Assembly: GCA_963820645.1 (NCBI GenBank)
Contig: CAWGAS010000026.1
Coordinates: 2,320 to 66,319 of the forward strand
Reading direction: 5' to 3'
DNA length: 64,000 nucleotides
From: an uncultured Acidobacteriota bacterium
GTDB lineage: Bacteria; Acidobacteriota; Vicinamibacteria; Vicinamibacterales; 2-12-FULL-66-21
Part shown: in pieces, positions 8,231 through 17,127 of the stretch
Layout: each line of letters opens with the position of its first letter
How positions within the stretch are numbered: position 1 is the first letter of the stretch
Made by a program: the position numbers and the translations under genes
Notes under the pieces: model-generated
The model's input: the letters and a program-made list of their open reading frames with translations, nothing else
Told to the model about the DNA's origin: nothing
Databases searched by the model: none

Positions 8231-11200
8231 ATGAAAATGAGAATGCGCCATCCCATTGCGCTGATCGTCCTCGTCTGCGCCACGCTGCTTTCTGCCCGCC
8301 CAGCCCTCGCGCAGTTCTCACAGCAGGGGCCGAAGTTGGTGGGGACGGGCGCCGTGGGGAGCGCTTCCCAAGGCACTCCGTGTCCGTCTCCGCCGACGGC
8401 AACACGGCCATCGTCGGAGGGCCCGCCGACAACGGTCGCTGGGGCCGCGTGGGTCTGGACGAGGAGCGGAGGCGTCTGGACCCAGCAGGGACCCAAGCTG
8501 GTCGGCTCGGGCGCCGTGGGAGCCGCCGCTACAAGGCTACTCCGTGTCCCTCTCCGCCGACGGCAACACGGCCATCGTCGGAGGGCTCGAGCGACAACAG
8601 CGACGCTGGGGCCGCGTGGGTCTGGACGCGGAGCGGAGGCGTCTGGACCCAGCAGGGACCCAAGCTGGTCGGCTCGGGCGCCGTGGGGAACGCTGGCCAA
8701 GGCATCTCCGTGTCCCTCTCCGCCGACGGCAACACGGCCATCGTCGGAGGGATCGGCGACAACGGTGGCGCTGGAGCCGCGTGGGTCTGGACGAGGAGCG
8801 GAGGCGTCTGGACCCAGCAGGGCCCCAAGCTGGTCGGCTCGGGCGCCGTGGGGAACGCTCACCAAGGCTGTTCCGTGTCCCTCTCCGCCGACGGCAACAC
8901 GGCCATCGTCGGAGGGCACGACGACAACAGTGGCGCTGGGGCCGCGTGGGTCTGGACGAGGAGCGGAGGCGTCTGGACCCAGCAGGGACCCAAGCTGGTC
9001 GGCTCGGGCGCCGTGGGGAACGCCCAACAAGGCCGGTCCGTGTCCCTCTCCGCCGACGGCAACACGGCCATCGTCGGAGGGTCCGGCGACCGTCGGCGTC
9101 GGGGCCGCGTGGGTCTGGACGAGGAGCGGAGGCGTCTGGACCCAGCAGGGACCCAAGCTGGTCGGCTCGGGCGCGGTGGGGAACGCTCAGCAAGGCTATT
9201 CCGTGTCCCTCTCCGCCGACGGCAACACGGCCATCGTCGGAGGGCCCATCGACAACAGTCAACGCTGGGGCCGCGTGGGTCTGGACGAGGAGCGGCGGCA
9301 GTCTGGACCCAGCAGGGACCCAAGCTGGTCGGCTCGGGCGCCGTGGGGAGCGCTGACCAAGGCGTCTCCGTGTCCCTCTCCGCCGACGGCAACACGGCCA
9401 TCGTCGGAGGGCGGACCGACAACGGTAGCGCTGGGGCCGCGTGGGTCTGGACCGCGTCCACGCCGCCAACAATCACGACGGAGCCTTCAAATCAGACGGT
9501 GAAGGCGGGGCGGTTGGCGACCTTCTCGGTGGCCGCGGTCGGGACGCCGACGCCGACGGTGCAGTGGCAGGTGAGCACGAACAGCGGAGGCATGTGGACC
9601 GATGTCGGCGGTGCGACGTCGACGACGTACGCGTTAACCGCGACGGCCGCGGACCACGGCAAGTGGTTCCGCGCCGTCTTCACGAACAGCGTGAGTTCGA
9701 CCACCAGCAACGCGGCCACGCTGACAGTGCGCTCGGTAAGCGGCAGCGACTTCAACGGCGACGGCGCGACCGACATGGCCGTGTACCGATCATCGACCGG
9801 TATGTGGTCCATCCGGAACCAGAGCGCCGTGCAGTTTGGCGGGCCGGGCTACATTCCGGTGGCGGGGGACTACAACGGCGACGGCACGACCGACATGGCC
9901 GTGTACCGGCCGTCCAATGGCACGTGGTCCGTGCGCAATCAGTCGACCACCCAATTCGGGATCCGGGTGACATCCCGGTGCCGGGCGACTACGACGGTAA
10001 TGGCACGACCGATCTCGCCGTGTATCGACCGTCCACGGGGGGCTGGTTCGTGCGCAACCAGTTTGCGGTCCCAGGGTTTGGCGGCCCCGACTACATTCCC
10101 GTCGTCGCGGACTACAACGGCGACGGCACGGCCGACATCGCGGTGTATCGTCCGTCCACCGGGCAGTGGTTCGTGCGGAACCAGTTCGCGATCCAGTTCG
10201 GCGGGCCGGGCGACGTGCCGGTGCCTGCAGACTTCAACGGCGACGGGTCGGCGGACCTGGCCGTGTATCGTGCGGCGACCGGGTTCTGGTTCGTGCGGAA
10301 CCAGCTCGCGCTGTCGTTTGGCAGCCAGGGGGACCTGCCAATCGCGCGCGACTTCAACGGCGACGGGACTGCCGATCTCGCGGTGTATCGACCGGCCACC
10401 GGCCAGTGGTTCGTGCGCAACCAGTTCACCGTGCAGTTCGGCGAGGGAGCCGACATGCCGGTGCCGCGCGGGGCCTATCCCCTCGCGGCGACCAACGGCG
10501 ATTACAACGCGGACAACGTGACCGACCTGGCGGTGTACCGGCCATCGACGGGCCAGTGGTTCGTGCGCAACCAGGTCGCGGTACAGTTCGGCGATCCCAG
10601 CGACAATCCGGTGCCGGCCGACTACAACGGCGACGGACGCATGGACGTAGCGGTCTACCGGCCGTCCACCGGACACTGGTTCGTGCGCAACCAGTTCGCG
10701 GTGCAGTTCGGCGACCCGAGCGACATTCCAGTGCCGGGCGACTACAACGGCGATGGCGTCGCGGACGTCGCCGTGTACCGTCCGTCGAATGGGTTCTGGT
10801 ACATCCGCAATCAGCCGGCCGTGCAGTTCGGTCAGTCGGGCGACATTCCGGTGCCCGGGGACTACAACGCCGACGGGGTGACCGACATCGCAGTCTATCG
10901 GCCGTCGACCGGGTTCTGGTACGTGCGGAACCAGCTCGCGTTCCAGTTCGGGGAGTCGGGTACGTGCCGGTCGCAGGGGACTACAACGGGGACGGCCTGA
11001 CCGACCTCGCGGTGTTCCGCACCTCCACCGGGACGTGGTACGTGCGCGACCAGCTCGTGGTGCAATTTGGCGACAGCACCGACAAGCCGGTGCCGGGGGA
11101 TTACAACGGCGACGGCACGACGGACGTGGCGGTCTATCGCCCGTCCACGGGCACGTGGTACGTGCGAAACCAGTTCGCCATTCAGTTCGGGGATGCCACA

Positions 11201-11236
11201 GACGTGCTGGTCGTCCGTATCGGCGGCCCGCAGTAA
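8231..11236 (+). CDS. Secreted repeat protein: 7 FG-GAP-like repeats, Ig-like domain, about 12 VCBS/FG-GAP-like repeats (multiple frameshifts)
   Basis: Signal peptide MKMRMRHPIALIVLVCATLLSARPALA; repeats WTQQGPKLVGSGAVG..SVSLSADGNTAIVGG..GAAWVW; Ig PTITTEPSNQTV..PTVQWQVS; repeats GDYNGDG..D.AVYRPSTG.WFVRNQ..QFG. Confidence 0.85.
8321..9450 (+). repeat. Coding tandem repeat, 7 units of about 165 bp
   Basis: Units start near 8321, 8483, 8650, 8815, 8980, 9143 and 9310 (cagcaggg.cc.aag.tggt). Confidence 0.9.
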
Positions 11237-11350
11237 GCCCTCCAATTCAGAAGGGTTGCGCGCACGACGCGTGACCGTGACGTGGGCTTGTTTTCCTACC
11301 GCGCCGGGTTCGACAGAACCCGGCGTGTTTCATTATGTAATCGCAAGGGT

Positions 11351-11412
11351 GGAAGAGTTGGAGAAGATCCGCGCGCGGATGCCGACGCCGAAGATGTTCG
11401 GGTAGCTGCGGC
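11351..11412 (+). repeat. 62-bp direct repeat, copy 2 (orphan copy of the radical SAM gene 3' end)
   Basis: ggaagagttggagaagatccgcgcgcggatgccgacgccgaagatgttcgggtagctgcggc. Confidence 0.95.
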
Positions 11413-11471
11413 CTGGAGCAAAGGCGTGATTGAACACACACTCGACCAGGCGAAAATGGAGGCACTCGAAC

Positions 11472-12392
11472 ATGACTAGAAAGCTTGCTGCCTTGCTCGT
11501 GACACAGATCGTCCTTGGCTGGGTGCCGCCAGAGGCGTTCGCCCAGGACGACACGACGCTCGAGCGCGTGCGAAATCTGGACGTCGAATCCCTGCCAGGC
11601 CCTGTGCCGACCTACTACAGCCCGGGGGCGCGCCCGCGGGCCGAAGAGCTTCAGCGCCGAGTGCGGGACGCTGTCAGTTTCTTTGAGAGTCGCTACGGCA
11701 TTCCAGCGCCCTTGAGCCTGGCAATTCTCAACGAACCGCACTGGGCCGCCATGGGCCGGGGGCCCTACGGGGGGATGAGTGCCTCGGCCGCTCCGCCTGT
11801 CGTCCTTTTGCCCGCGTTCCCCGACAGAGGGGTGATGGCGCAATTCTTCCGCGCAACTCACGCCGCCGCGTCGTCGCCTGAGGTCCGCCAAGCCTGGGCC
11901 AGTCTTGGGGTGTCGCACGAGATGGCAGTCCCTCAGGTGATCGATGCGATGGTGTTTCACGAGGTCGGCCACGTGTTTGGGAGGGCACTCGGCTTTTCGT
12001 GGACGCGACACTGGTTCAACGAGTTCACGGCCACTTACATGGCGCACATCCTTCTACGCAGCAGGGAACCGGCGACTCTCAACATGTGGAAGGCGGTGTC
12101 ATTGGACATCGTTCATGGGTTCAAACCATCGACGCGAAGCCTGGACGAATTCAATCGGCTGTACGGGATGAAAATGGGACCTGAAACGTATGGATGGTTT
12201 TATTCTCACATCAATCTCGGGGTTGCCGCAGTACTCGAGCACCCGCCGGATGCGGACTGGTTCAAAGAGCTGCGCGCGGCCGGCCTCGACAAAGCCAACC
12301 CCTCCCTCACGACGTCAGAGCTGCTCGACCGACTGGAGCGAATGACACCCGGCATCAAGAGTTGGGCTGAGAGGCTGGAGAAAGGTCCCTGA
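11472..12392 (+). CDS. Secreted putative zinc metallopeptidase (gluzincin-like)
   Basis: GGAGG RBS; signal peptide MTRKLAALLV..AFA; HEVGH followed by WFNE. Confidence 0.65.
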   Translation: MTRKLAALLVTQIVLGWVPPEAFAQDDTTLERVRNLDVESLPGPVPTYYSPGARPRAEELQRRVRDAVSFFESRYGIPAPLSLAILNEPHWAAMGRGPYGGMSASAAPPVVLLPAFPDRGVMAQFFRATHAAASSPEVRQAWASLGVSHEMAVPQVIDAMVFHEVGHVFGRALGFSWTRHWFNEFTATYMAHILLRSREPATLNMWKAVSLDIVHGFKPSTRSLDEFNRLYGMKMGPETYGWFYSHINLGVAAVLEHPPDADWFKELRAAGLDKANPSLTTSELLDRLERMTPGIKSWAERLEKGP

Positions 12393-12433
12393 CACGCGCT
12401 TGAAGCTGACGGCGCGCGTAGATTACGGAATGG
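12386..12433 (+). other. Truncated attC-like integron cassette site (left half)
   Basis: tccctgacacgcgcttgaagctgacggcgcgcgtagattacggaatg overlaps the stop codon and resembles the cctaac..cgcttgaagctgacggcg start of environmental attC sites; no matching right arm (GTTRRRY) follows. Confidence 0.5.
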
Positions 12434-12477
12434 TCAAGCTCGGATTCTGACGTCGGCAGGGTCGCTCTGCCCGGTGA

Positions 12478-12999
12478 TCACAGCTTGTACTTCTCTTCCA
12501 ACCACCATGGAATGTAGGCACGGGTTGTAAGGCCTTTCTTGCCGTGGCAGTCGAATCGCCATGTTTGTGCGAATTCAAACATCCGAAGGCCGTAAATCAT
12601 TCCATATTGCACTGCGGTGAGCAGCTTGTTATCGCGGTAGCGAACCCCTTCCGGGGTGACGCGGACATGTTCGTAGTACCCGTTCAGAATCGCCCGCCAC
12701 ATTTTCAGGTCCGCGAGAAAGACGTGCGTTCTATCCAGTTGTCCGGCCATCGACCACGGTGTCGGCACCCGCATCACAAAAACGCCTCGAGCACCCATGA
12801 CGCGGTGGAGTTCATCCAAAACAGTGTAAGGGTCCAGGAAGTGCTCGAGGAGCGATGAGGCTCTCATCTCGTCTGCGCACGCGTTGGCGAACGGCAGACA
12901 GGTGACATCCGCAACAGTCTGAACTCCGGGCACGCGGCGGATATCGATATTCACATAGCCCGCGAGCGGCTCGTTGCCTGAACCGACGTTGATTTTCAC
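12478..12999 (-). CDS. Class I SAM-dependent methyltransferase (type 11-like)
   Basis: GTG start; KINVGSG..GYVNID..ADVTCLPF..LLEHF..LDELHRV. Confidence 0.8.
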   Translation of the reverse strand: MKINVGSGNEPLAGYVNIDIRRVPGVQTVADVTCLPFANACADEMRASSLLEHFLDPYTVLDELHRVMGARGVFVMRVPTPWSMAGQLDRTHVFLADLKMWRAILNGYYEHVRVTPEGVRYRDNKLLTAVQYGMIYGLRMFEFAQTWRFDCHGKKGLTTRAYIPWWLEEKYKL

Positions 13000-13009
13000 G
13001 CACCGCCTG

Positions 13010-13810
13010 TTAGCGGAAGATGTCCGATTCGCCCTTGAGCTTTTCCCCTTCGTCCGCCATCCACTTCTGGAACTCCTCGGCGGTCTGGACGGTGACAAAT
13101 CCTCGCATCGCGGAATGGCCCAGACCGCAGAGCTGCGCGCAGGCGATCTGGTACTGGAACTCGGCATTCCCCTTCCGGGTCCGCATCTCCGCGGTCGTGA
13201 TGGTCGGGACGAACCAGAGGGGGATCGTGAGGCCGGGGATGGCGTCCTGCTTCACGCGGAACTCGGGGACGCCGAAGCTGTGGATGACGTCCTTGCTCCT
13301 GAGCCTGATGATGATCGGCTTGTTCACGGGCAGATAGAGCTGATTGAGCGTCGTGATGTCGTCCTTCCCGGCAGGATCGGCGCGATCGAGTCCCAGGGGG
13401 TTCGCCTGGGCGTCGAGCAGCTTGATGTCCGTGCGGCCGAATACCCCGTCGGGGCCGGCATAGTGGACGTTCCAGGCGAACTGCTCGGCGGTGACCCGAA
13501 CGACCAGCGATTCGCTGTCCGGTGGCATGCGATCGACCCTCGCGGCCCAGAGCGGGATCGCGAATCCGACCAGGAGAATCATTTCGACCACCGCCACGCC
13601 GATCTCGAGATAGCTCGAGGTGTGCGACTTGACCCCCGTGTAGTTCGCGACCGGGTTCCGCGAGCGCCGGAAACGGACCAGGGTGTAGGCGAAGAACCCT
13701 CCCCACCCGACGAACAGGATGAGCATGAACACATGAACCCAGCCGATCATGTCGTCGATCTGCCCGCCGTGAGCCGAGGCGAGCGCCGGGAGTCCGAGCC
13801 AGTCAGTCAT
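13010..13810 (-). CDS. coxB: Cytochrome c oxidase subunit II (CuA, no fused cytochrome c)
   Basis: AEQFAW, DVIHSF, KQDAIPG, CAQLCGLGHSAM; no CxxCH. Confidence 0.92.
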   Translation of the reverse strand: MTDWLGLPALASAHGGQIDDMIGWVHVFMLILFVGWGGFFAYTLVRFRRSRNPVANYTGVKSHTSSYLEIGVAVVEMILLVGFAIPLWAARVDRMPPDSESLVVRVTAEQFAWNVHYAGPDGVFGRTDIKLLDAQANPLGLDRADPAGKDDITTLNQLYLPVNKPIIIRLRSKDVIHSFGVPEFRVKQDAIPGLTIPLWFVPTITTAEMRTRKGNAEFQYQIACAQLCGLGHSAMRGFVTVQTAEEFQKWMADEGEKLKGESDIFR

Positions 13811-14136
13811 GATATTTTCGGCGCCCCCTGGAGCTCCGACCATTCGGTGTCGAGATCCACGTCCGCGATGTGCTTCGCGCGCTTGCGGAGATAGAGAAAG
13901 AAGGCCAGGAACGCGCCCTGCACCGCAAAGGTGATGACCAGCATCACCAGGACGCCGAGCTTCGTCCCGTCGATCATCGAGGTCTCCTCCGCCCCGAAGC
14001 ACGCCGGGCAGGCGAGGACGCTCGAGCTGCCGGCGATCACCACGAACGCGGCTGTGGCGAGAACCCGGCCGATCCTGAGGTCTTTCGTCTGAAGACTGAA
14101 GACCGAAGACAGAAGACCGGAGACCGGAGACTTCAT
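13807..14136 (-). CDS. Small membrane protein with exported CPAC motif
   Basis: Signal-like segment, then ACPACFG and one TM helix; ATGA overlaps on both sides. Confidence 0.75.
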   Translation of the reverse strand: MKSPVSGLLSSVFSLQTKDLRIGRVLATAAFVVIAGSSSVLACPACFGAEETSMIDGTKLGVLVMLVITFAVQGAFLAFFLYLRKRAKHIADVDLDTEWSELQGAPKIS

Positions 14137-14333
14137 CGCAGCGTCCTCGTCTTGCGCAGGAACCACGAGTCGTAGACAACCAGACCGGCCGACACGGCGA
14201 ACGCCGCGACGGCCGCGAGCAGATTTGCGACCCCGTTCCCCCGCCCGTACTGGCCCAGACACCAGACACCGAACAGCACCGCGAGGGCCGCGGAGAGGAG
14301 GATCAGCAGTGCGTGGAACCACCTGAGGTTCAT
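14133..14333 (-). CDS. Small two-TM hypothetical protein in the oxidase operon
   Basis: MNLRWFHALLILLSAALAVLFGVW..WFLRKTRTLR*; translationally coupled. Confidence 0.75.
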   Translation of the reverse strand: MNLRWFHALLILLSAALAVLFGVWCLGQYGRGNGVANLLAAVAAFAVSAGLVVYDSWFLRKTRTLR

Positions 14334-14704
14334 TAATGCGGACTCGGAGCCGGCGCGATTGGCGCGTCGCTCGGCGGTGCTTCGGGAATCCAGTAGCCGT
14401 TGCTGTGGGTGACGACGGGAAGGGCCAGCAGGGCGACGAAGAAGACAACGGTCAGCACGAGGACCGCGTAGATCAGCTTCTTCTCGGAGACGAGGTGCAT
14501 GAAGTAGCACGCCACCAGCGATCCCTTGATGGTCGCGACGAGCAGCGCCACGGTCACGGCCATCGCCACGGACAGGTGGAGGTAGGAGATCGCCACGGTG
14601 ACGATGGTCAGGACCATGAGCACCACGAAGACGGTGATGTAGACCCTGACGTGTCTGTCGATGTCGGCGGCGTGGTCGCTCGTCGCTGCGTGGTCGCTCG
14701 TCAT
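14333..14704 (-). CDS. Cytochrome c oxidase subunit IV (CtaF-like)
   Basis: Y..VFVVLMVLTIVTV..IKGSLVACYFMHL..EKK. Confidence 0.85.
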   Translation of the reverse strand: MTSDHAATSDHAADIDRHVRVYITVFVVLMVLTIVTVAISYLHLSVAMAVTVALLVATIKGSLVACYFMHLVSEKKLIYAVLVLTVVFFVALLALPVVTHSNGYWIPEAPPSDAPIAPAPSPH

Positions 14705-14705
14705 T

Positions 14706-14765
14706 ATTGCCTACAAAAAATAGAGATTGCCTACAAAAAATAGAGATGGCCTACAGAAGGTACAG
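14706..14765. repeat. Three tandem 20-bp units; the third is the real coxIII 3' end
   Basis: attgcctacaaaaaatagag x2 plus atggcctacagaaggtacag. Confidence 0.9.
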
Positions 14766-15341
14766 GGTCGGGAAGAGGAAGATCCAGACCAGATCCACGA
14801 AGTGCCAGAAGAGGCCCGAGTGCTCGACGCGGTTGGTGAACCACTCCGGGTTCGTCTTCCACTGCTTCGCGCCGGGGCCCCAGAAATAGGCGTTCACCGC
14901 CATCCCGCCCATGACGTGGAGCATGTGCAGACCGGTGAGCGTGAAGTAGATGGCGAGGAAGTTGTTCGTGCTCGGATAGAGGTGGTGCTCGAACTTGGCG
15001 CTGTATTCGAAGTACTTGACCACGAGGAAGACGAACCCGAGCAGGATCGTCGCCCCCATGTAGATCCGATAGGTCCCGAAGCGGCGGCGCATCAGCGACG
15101 CCCAGGCCATGACCATCGTGACAGAGGACAGGATCAGGACGATCGTGTTGAACGTGGCGAGCGGGACGTTCAGAATCGTGGCGCCCCGTGGCCAGCTCGT
15201 CGCCCCCGTCCGGATCAGGATGTAGCTCGCAAACAGGGCGCCGAACAGCATGACCTCTGAGGCCAGGAAGAGCCAGATGCCGATCTTGCCGTTGGTGAGA
15301 CCGGTGTCCCGGCGCACCTCGACGGTGTAGGGAATATCCAT
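14751..15341 (-). CDS. coxC: Cytochrome c oxidase subunit III
   Basis: GIWLFLASEVMLFGALF, TGLHMLHV, WHFVDLVWIFLFP. Confidence 0.92.
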   Translation of the reverse strand: MDIPYTVEVRRDTGLTNGKIGIWLFLASEVMLFGALFASYILIRTGATSWPRGATILNVPLATFNTIVLILSSVTMVMAWASLMRRRFGTYRIYMGATILLGFVFLVVKYFEYSAKFEHHLYPSTNNFLAIYFTLTGLHMLHVMGGMAVNAYFWGPGAKQWKTNPEWFTNRVEHSGLFWHFVDLVWIFLFPTLYLL

Positions 15342-15346
15342 CTCGA

Positions 15347-17107
15347 TCAGGCCTCCTGCTGCGGCAGGAAGTCCTTGGCCGCGCCGGGAACGCTGTACTG
15401 GTACGGCCCGCGGTGCGCTTCCGGGGTCACCAGGAAATTGCCGTGCGGGGGAGGCGAGGGAGCGGCCCACTCGATCGTCGTGGCCTGCCACGGGTTCGCG
15501 CCGGTCTTCGCCCCCTTCCAGATGCTCCAGAAGAAATTGAAGATGAAGGGAATCTGGAAGATCCCGAGGGTCCACGCGCCCCAGGAGGACACGACGTTCC
15601 AGTGGAGGAACGGCTGCGCGAAGTCGTAGGTCGCGCCACCGTCGTACAGCCGCCGGGAGACGCCGGCCATTCCCTGAATGAACATCGGCATGAAGACGAC
15701 GTTCATGCAGACGAGCGAGCCGGCGAAATGGATCTTGCCGAGCGTCTCGCTCATGGTCCGCCCGGTGGCCTTCGGGAACCAGTAGTAGATCCCCGCGAAG
15801 AGGGCGAAGATCGTTCCCGGAGCGACGACGTAGTGGAAGTGGGCGATGACGTAGTTCGTGTCGTGCAGCGGGATGTCCGTGGCGTTGAAGGCGAGCGGAA
15901 GCCCCGTGAGCCCGCCGATGCCGAACATCGGGAGAAAGCCGAGCGCGAAGAGCATGGGCGTGTTGAAGCGGATCGATCCGCCCCAGAGCGAGATGATCAG
16001 GGCCGTGAGGATCACGACCGACGGGATCGAGATGATCATCGTGGTCGTCTGGAAGAACGCCGCCATCTCCGTCCCCATGCCGGTCATGAACATGTGGTGC
16101 GCCCAGACGATGAACGACATGAAGCCGAGGAAGACCAGCGAGTAGACCATCGAACGGTAGCCCCACAGAGGCTTCCGCGTGTTGTTCGCGATGATCTCGG
16201 CCACGATGCCCATCGCCGGAAGGATCAGGACGTAGACTTCCGGGTGCGCCAGGAACCAGAACAGGTGCTGCCAGAGAATCGGGTTGCCTCCGCCGGCCAC
16301 GGGGAGGACCTGGCCGCTGACGACGAGGCCGCTCGGGAGGAAGAAGCTCGTGCCGGCCAGACGATCCATCAGCTGCAGGACCGCCGCGGCTTCGAGCGGC
16401 GGGAAGGCCAGGAGCAGGAGGAAGGCCGTGACGAGCTGGGTCCACACGAAGAAGGGGAACCGCATGAAGGTCAGCCCCTTGACGCGGAGCTGGATGATGG
16501 TCGTGATGAAGTTGATCGCTCCGAGCAGCGACGAGGTGATCAGGAAGACCATCCCGATGAGCCACGCCGTCTGGCCCGGCGCGATGATGGCGAGGGGCGT
16601 GTAGGAGGTCCACCCGGACTGCGCGGCCCCTCCGGGGAGGAGAAAACTGGCCAGCATGATCACGCCGCCGAGGAAGAAGCACTGGTAGCTCACCATGTTC
16701 AGCCTCGGGAAGGCCATGTCCGGGGCTCCAATCTGGAGCGGGACCACGAAGTTCCCGAATCCTCCGACGGCGAGAGGGACCACCCCGAGGAAGACCATGA
16801 TGGTGCCGTGCATCGCCCCGAGCTCGTTGTAGAAGTCGGGGAGCATCGTGCCGCCCGGCATCCGCGCCTCGCCGAAGAGGCCGCCGATCAGCGGCAGCGC
16901 GGCGCCCGGGTAGGCGAGCTGCCAGCGCATGAGCATCATCAGCGAAAAGCCGAAGAGGAGGAACAGGAGGCCGGTGACGGCATACTGGATGCCGATCATC
17001 TTGTGGTCGACGGAGAAGACCCACTTGCGCCAGAAGCCCGGCTCCTCGTGATGGGCTTCGTGCGCGCCGTGCGGCCTCGGGGGGGCGACAGCTCCTGGCT
17101 GACTCAT
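15347..17107 (-). CDS. coxA: Heme-copper oxidase subunit I, A1-like
   Basis: DHKMIG, MHGTIM, LFWFLAHPEVY, WAHHM, AHFHY, RR pair. Confidence 0.95.
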   Translation of the reverse strand: MSQPGAVAPPRPHGAHEAHHEEPGFWRKWVFSVDHKMIGIQYAVTGLLFLLFGFSLMMLMRWQLAYPGAALPLIGGLFGEARMPGGTMLPDFYNELGAMHGTIMVFLGVVPLAVGGFGNFVVPLQIGAPDMAFPRLNMVSYQCFFLGGVIMLASFLLPGGAAQSGWTSYTPLAIIAPGQTAWLIGMVFLITSSLLGAINFITTIIQLRVKGLTFMRFPFFVWTQLVTAFLLLLAFPPLEAAAVLQLMDRLAGTSFFLPSGLVVSGQVLPVAGGGNPILWQHLFWFLAHPEVYVLILPAMGIVAEIIANNTRKPLWGYRSMVYSLVFLGFMSFIVWAHHMFMTGMGTEMAAFFQTTTMIISIPSVVILTALIISLWGGSIRFNTPMLFALGFLPMFGIGGLTGLPLAFNATDIPLHDTNYVIAHFHYVVAPGTIFALFAGIYYWFPKATGRTMSETLGKIHFAGSLVCMNVVFMPMFIQGMAGVSRRLYDGGATYDFAQPFLHWNVVSSWGAWTLGIFQIPFIFNFFWSIWKGAKTGANPWQATTIEWAAPSPPPHGNFLVTPEAHRGPYQYSVPGAAKDFLPQQEA

Positions 17108-17127
17108 GAAGGCTGTTCTCCGGATCG

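Larger units (their letters stand above)
7463..11350. mobile_element. Putative small inserted island bounded by the 62-bp direct repeats
   Basis: Flanking repeats; cargo is gene debris, an IntI N-terminal remnant and a repeat-rich secreted protein; no intact recombinase. Confidence 0.5.

Noticed and set aside
8321-11236. Possible diversity-generating retroelement target or template repeats
   Set aside because: No reverse transcriptase in the window, differences are not adenine-specific, and all repeats are in-frame protein repeats.
14669-14704. Tandem duplication encoding TSDHAA twice at the coxIV N-terminus
   Set aside because: A simple in-frame 18-bp slippage in a variable tail; no further signal.
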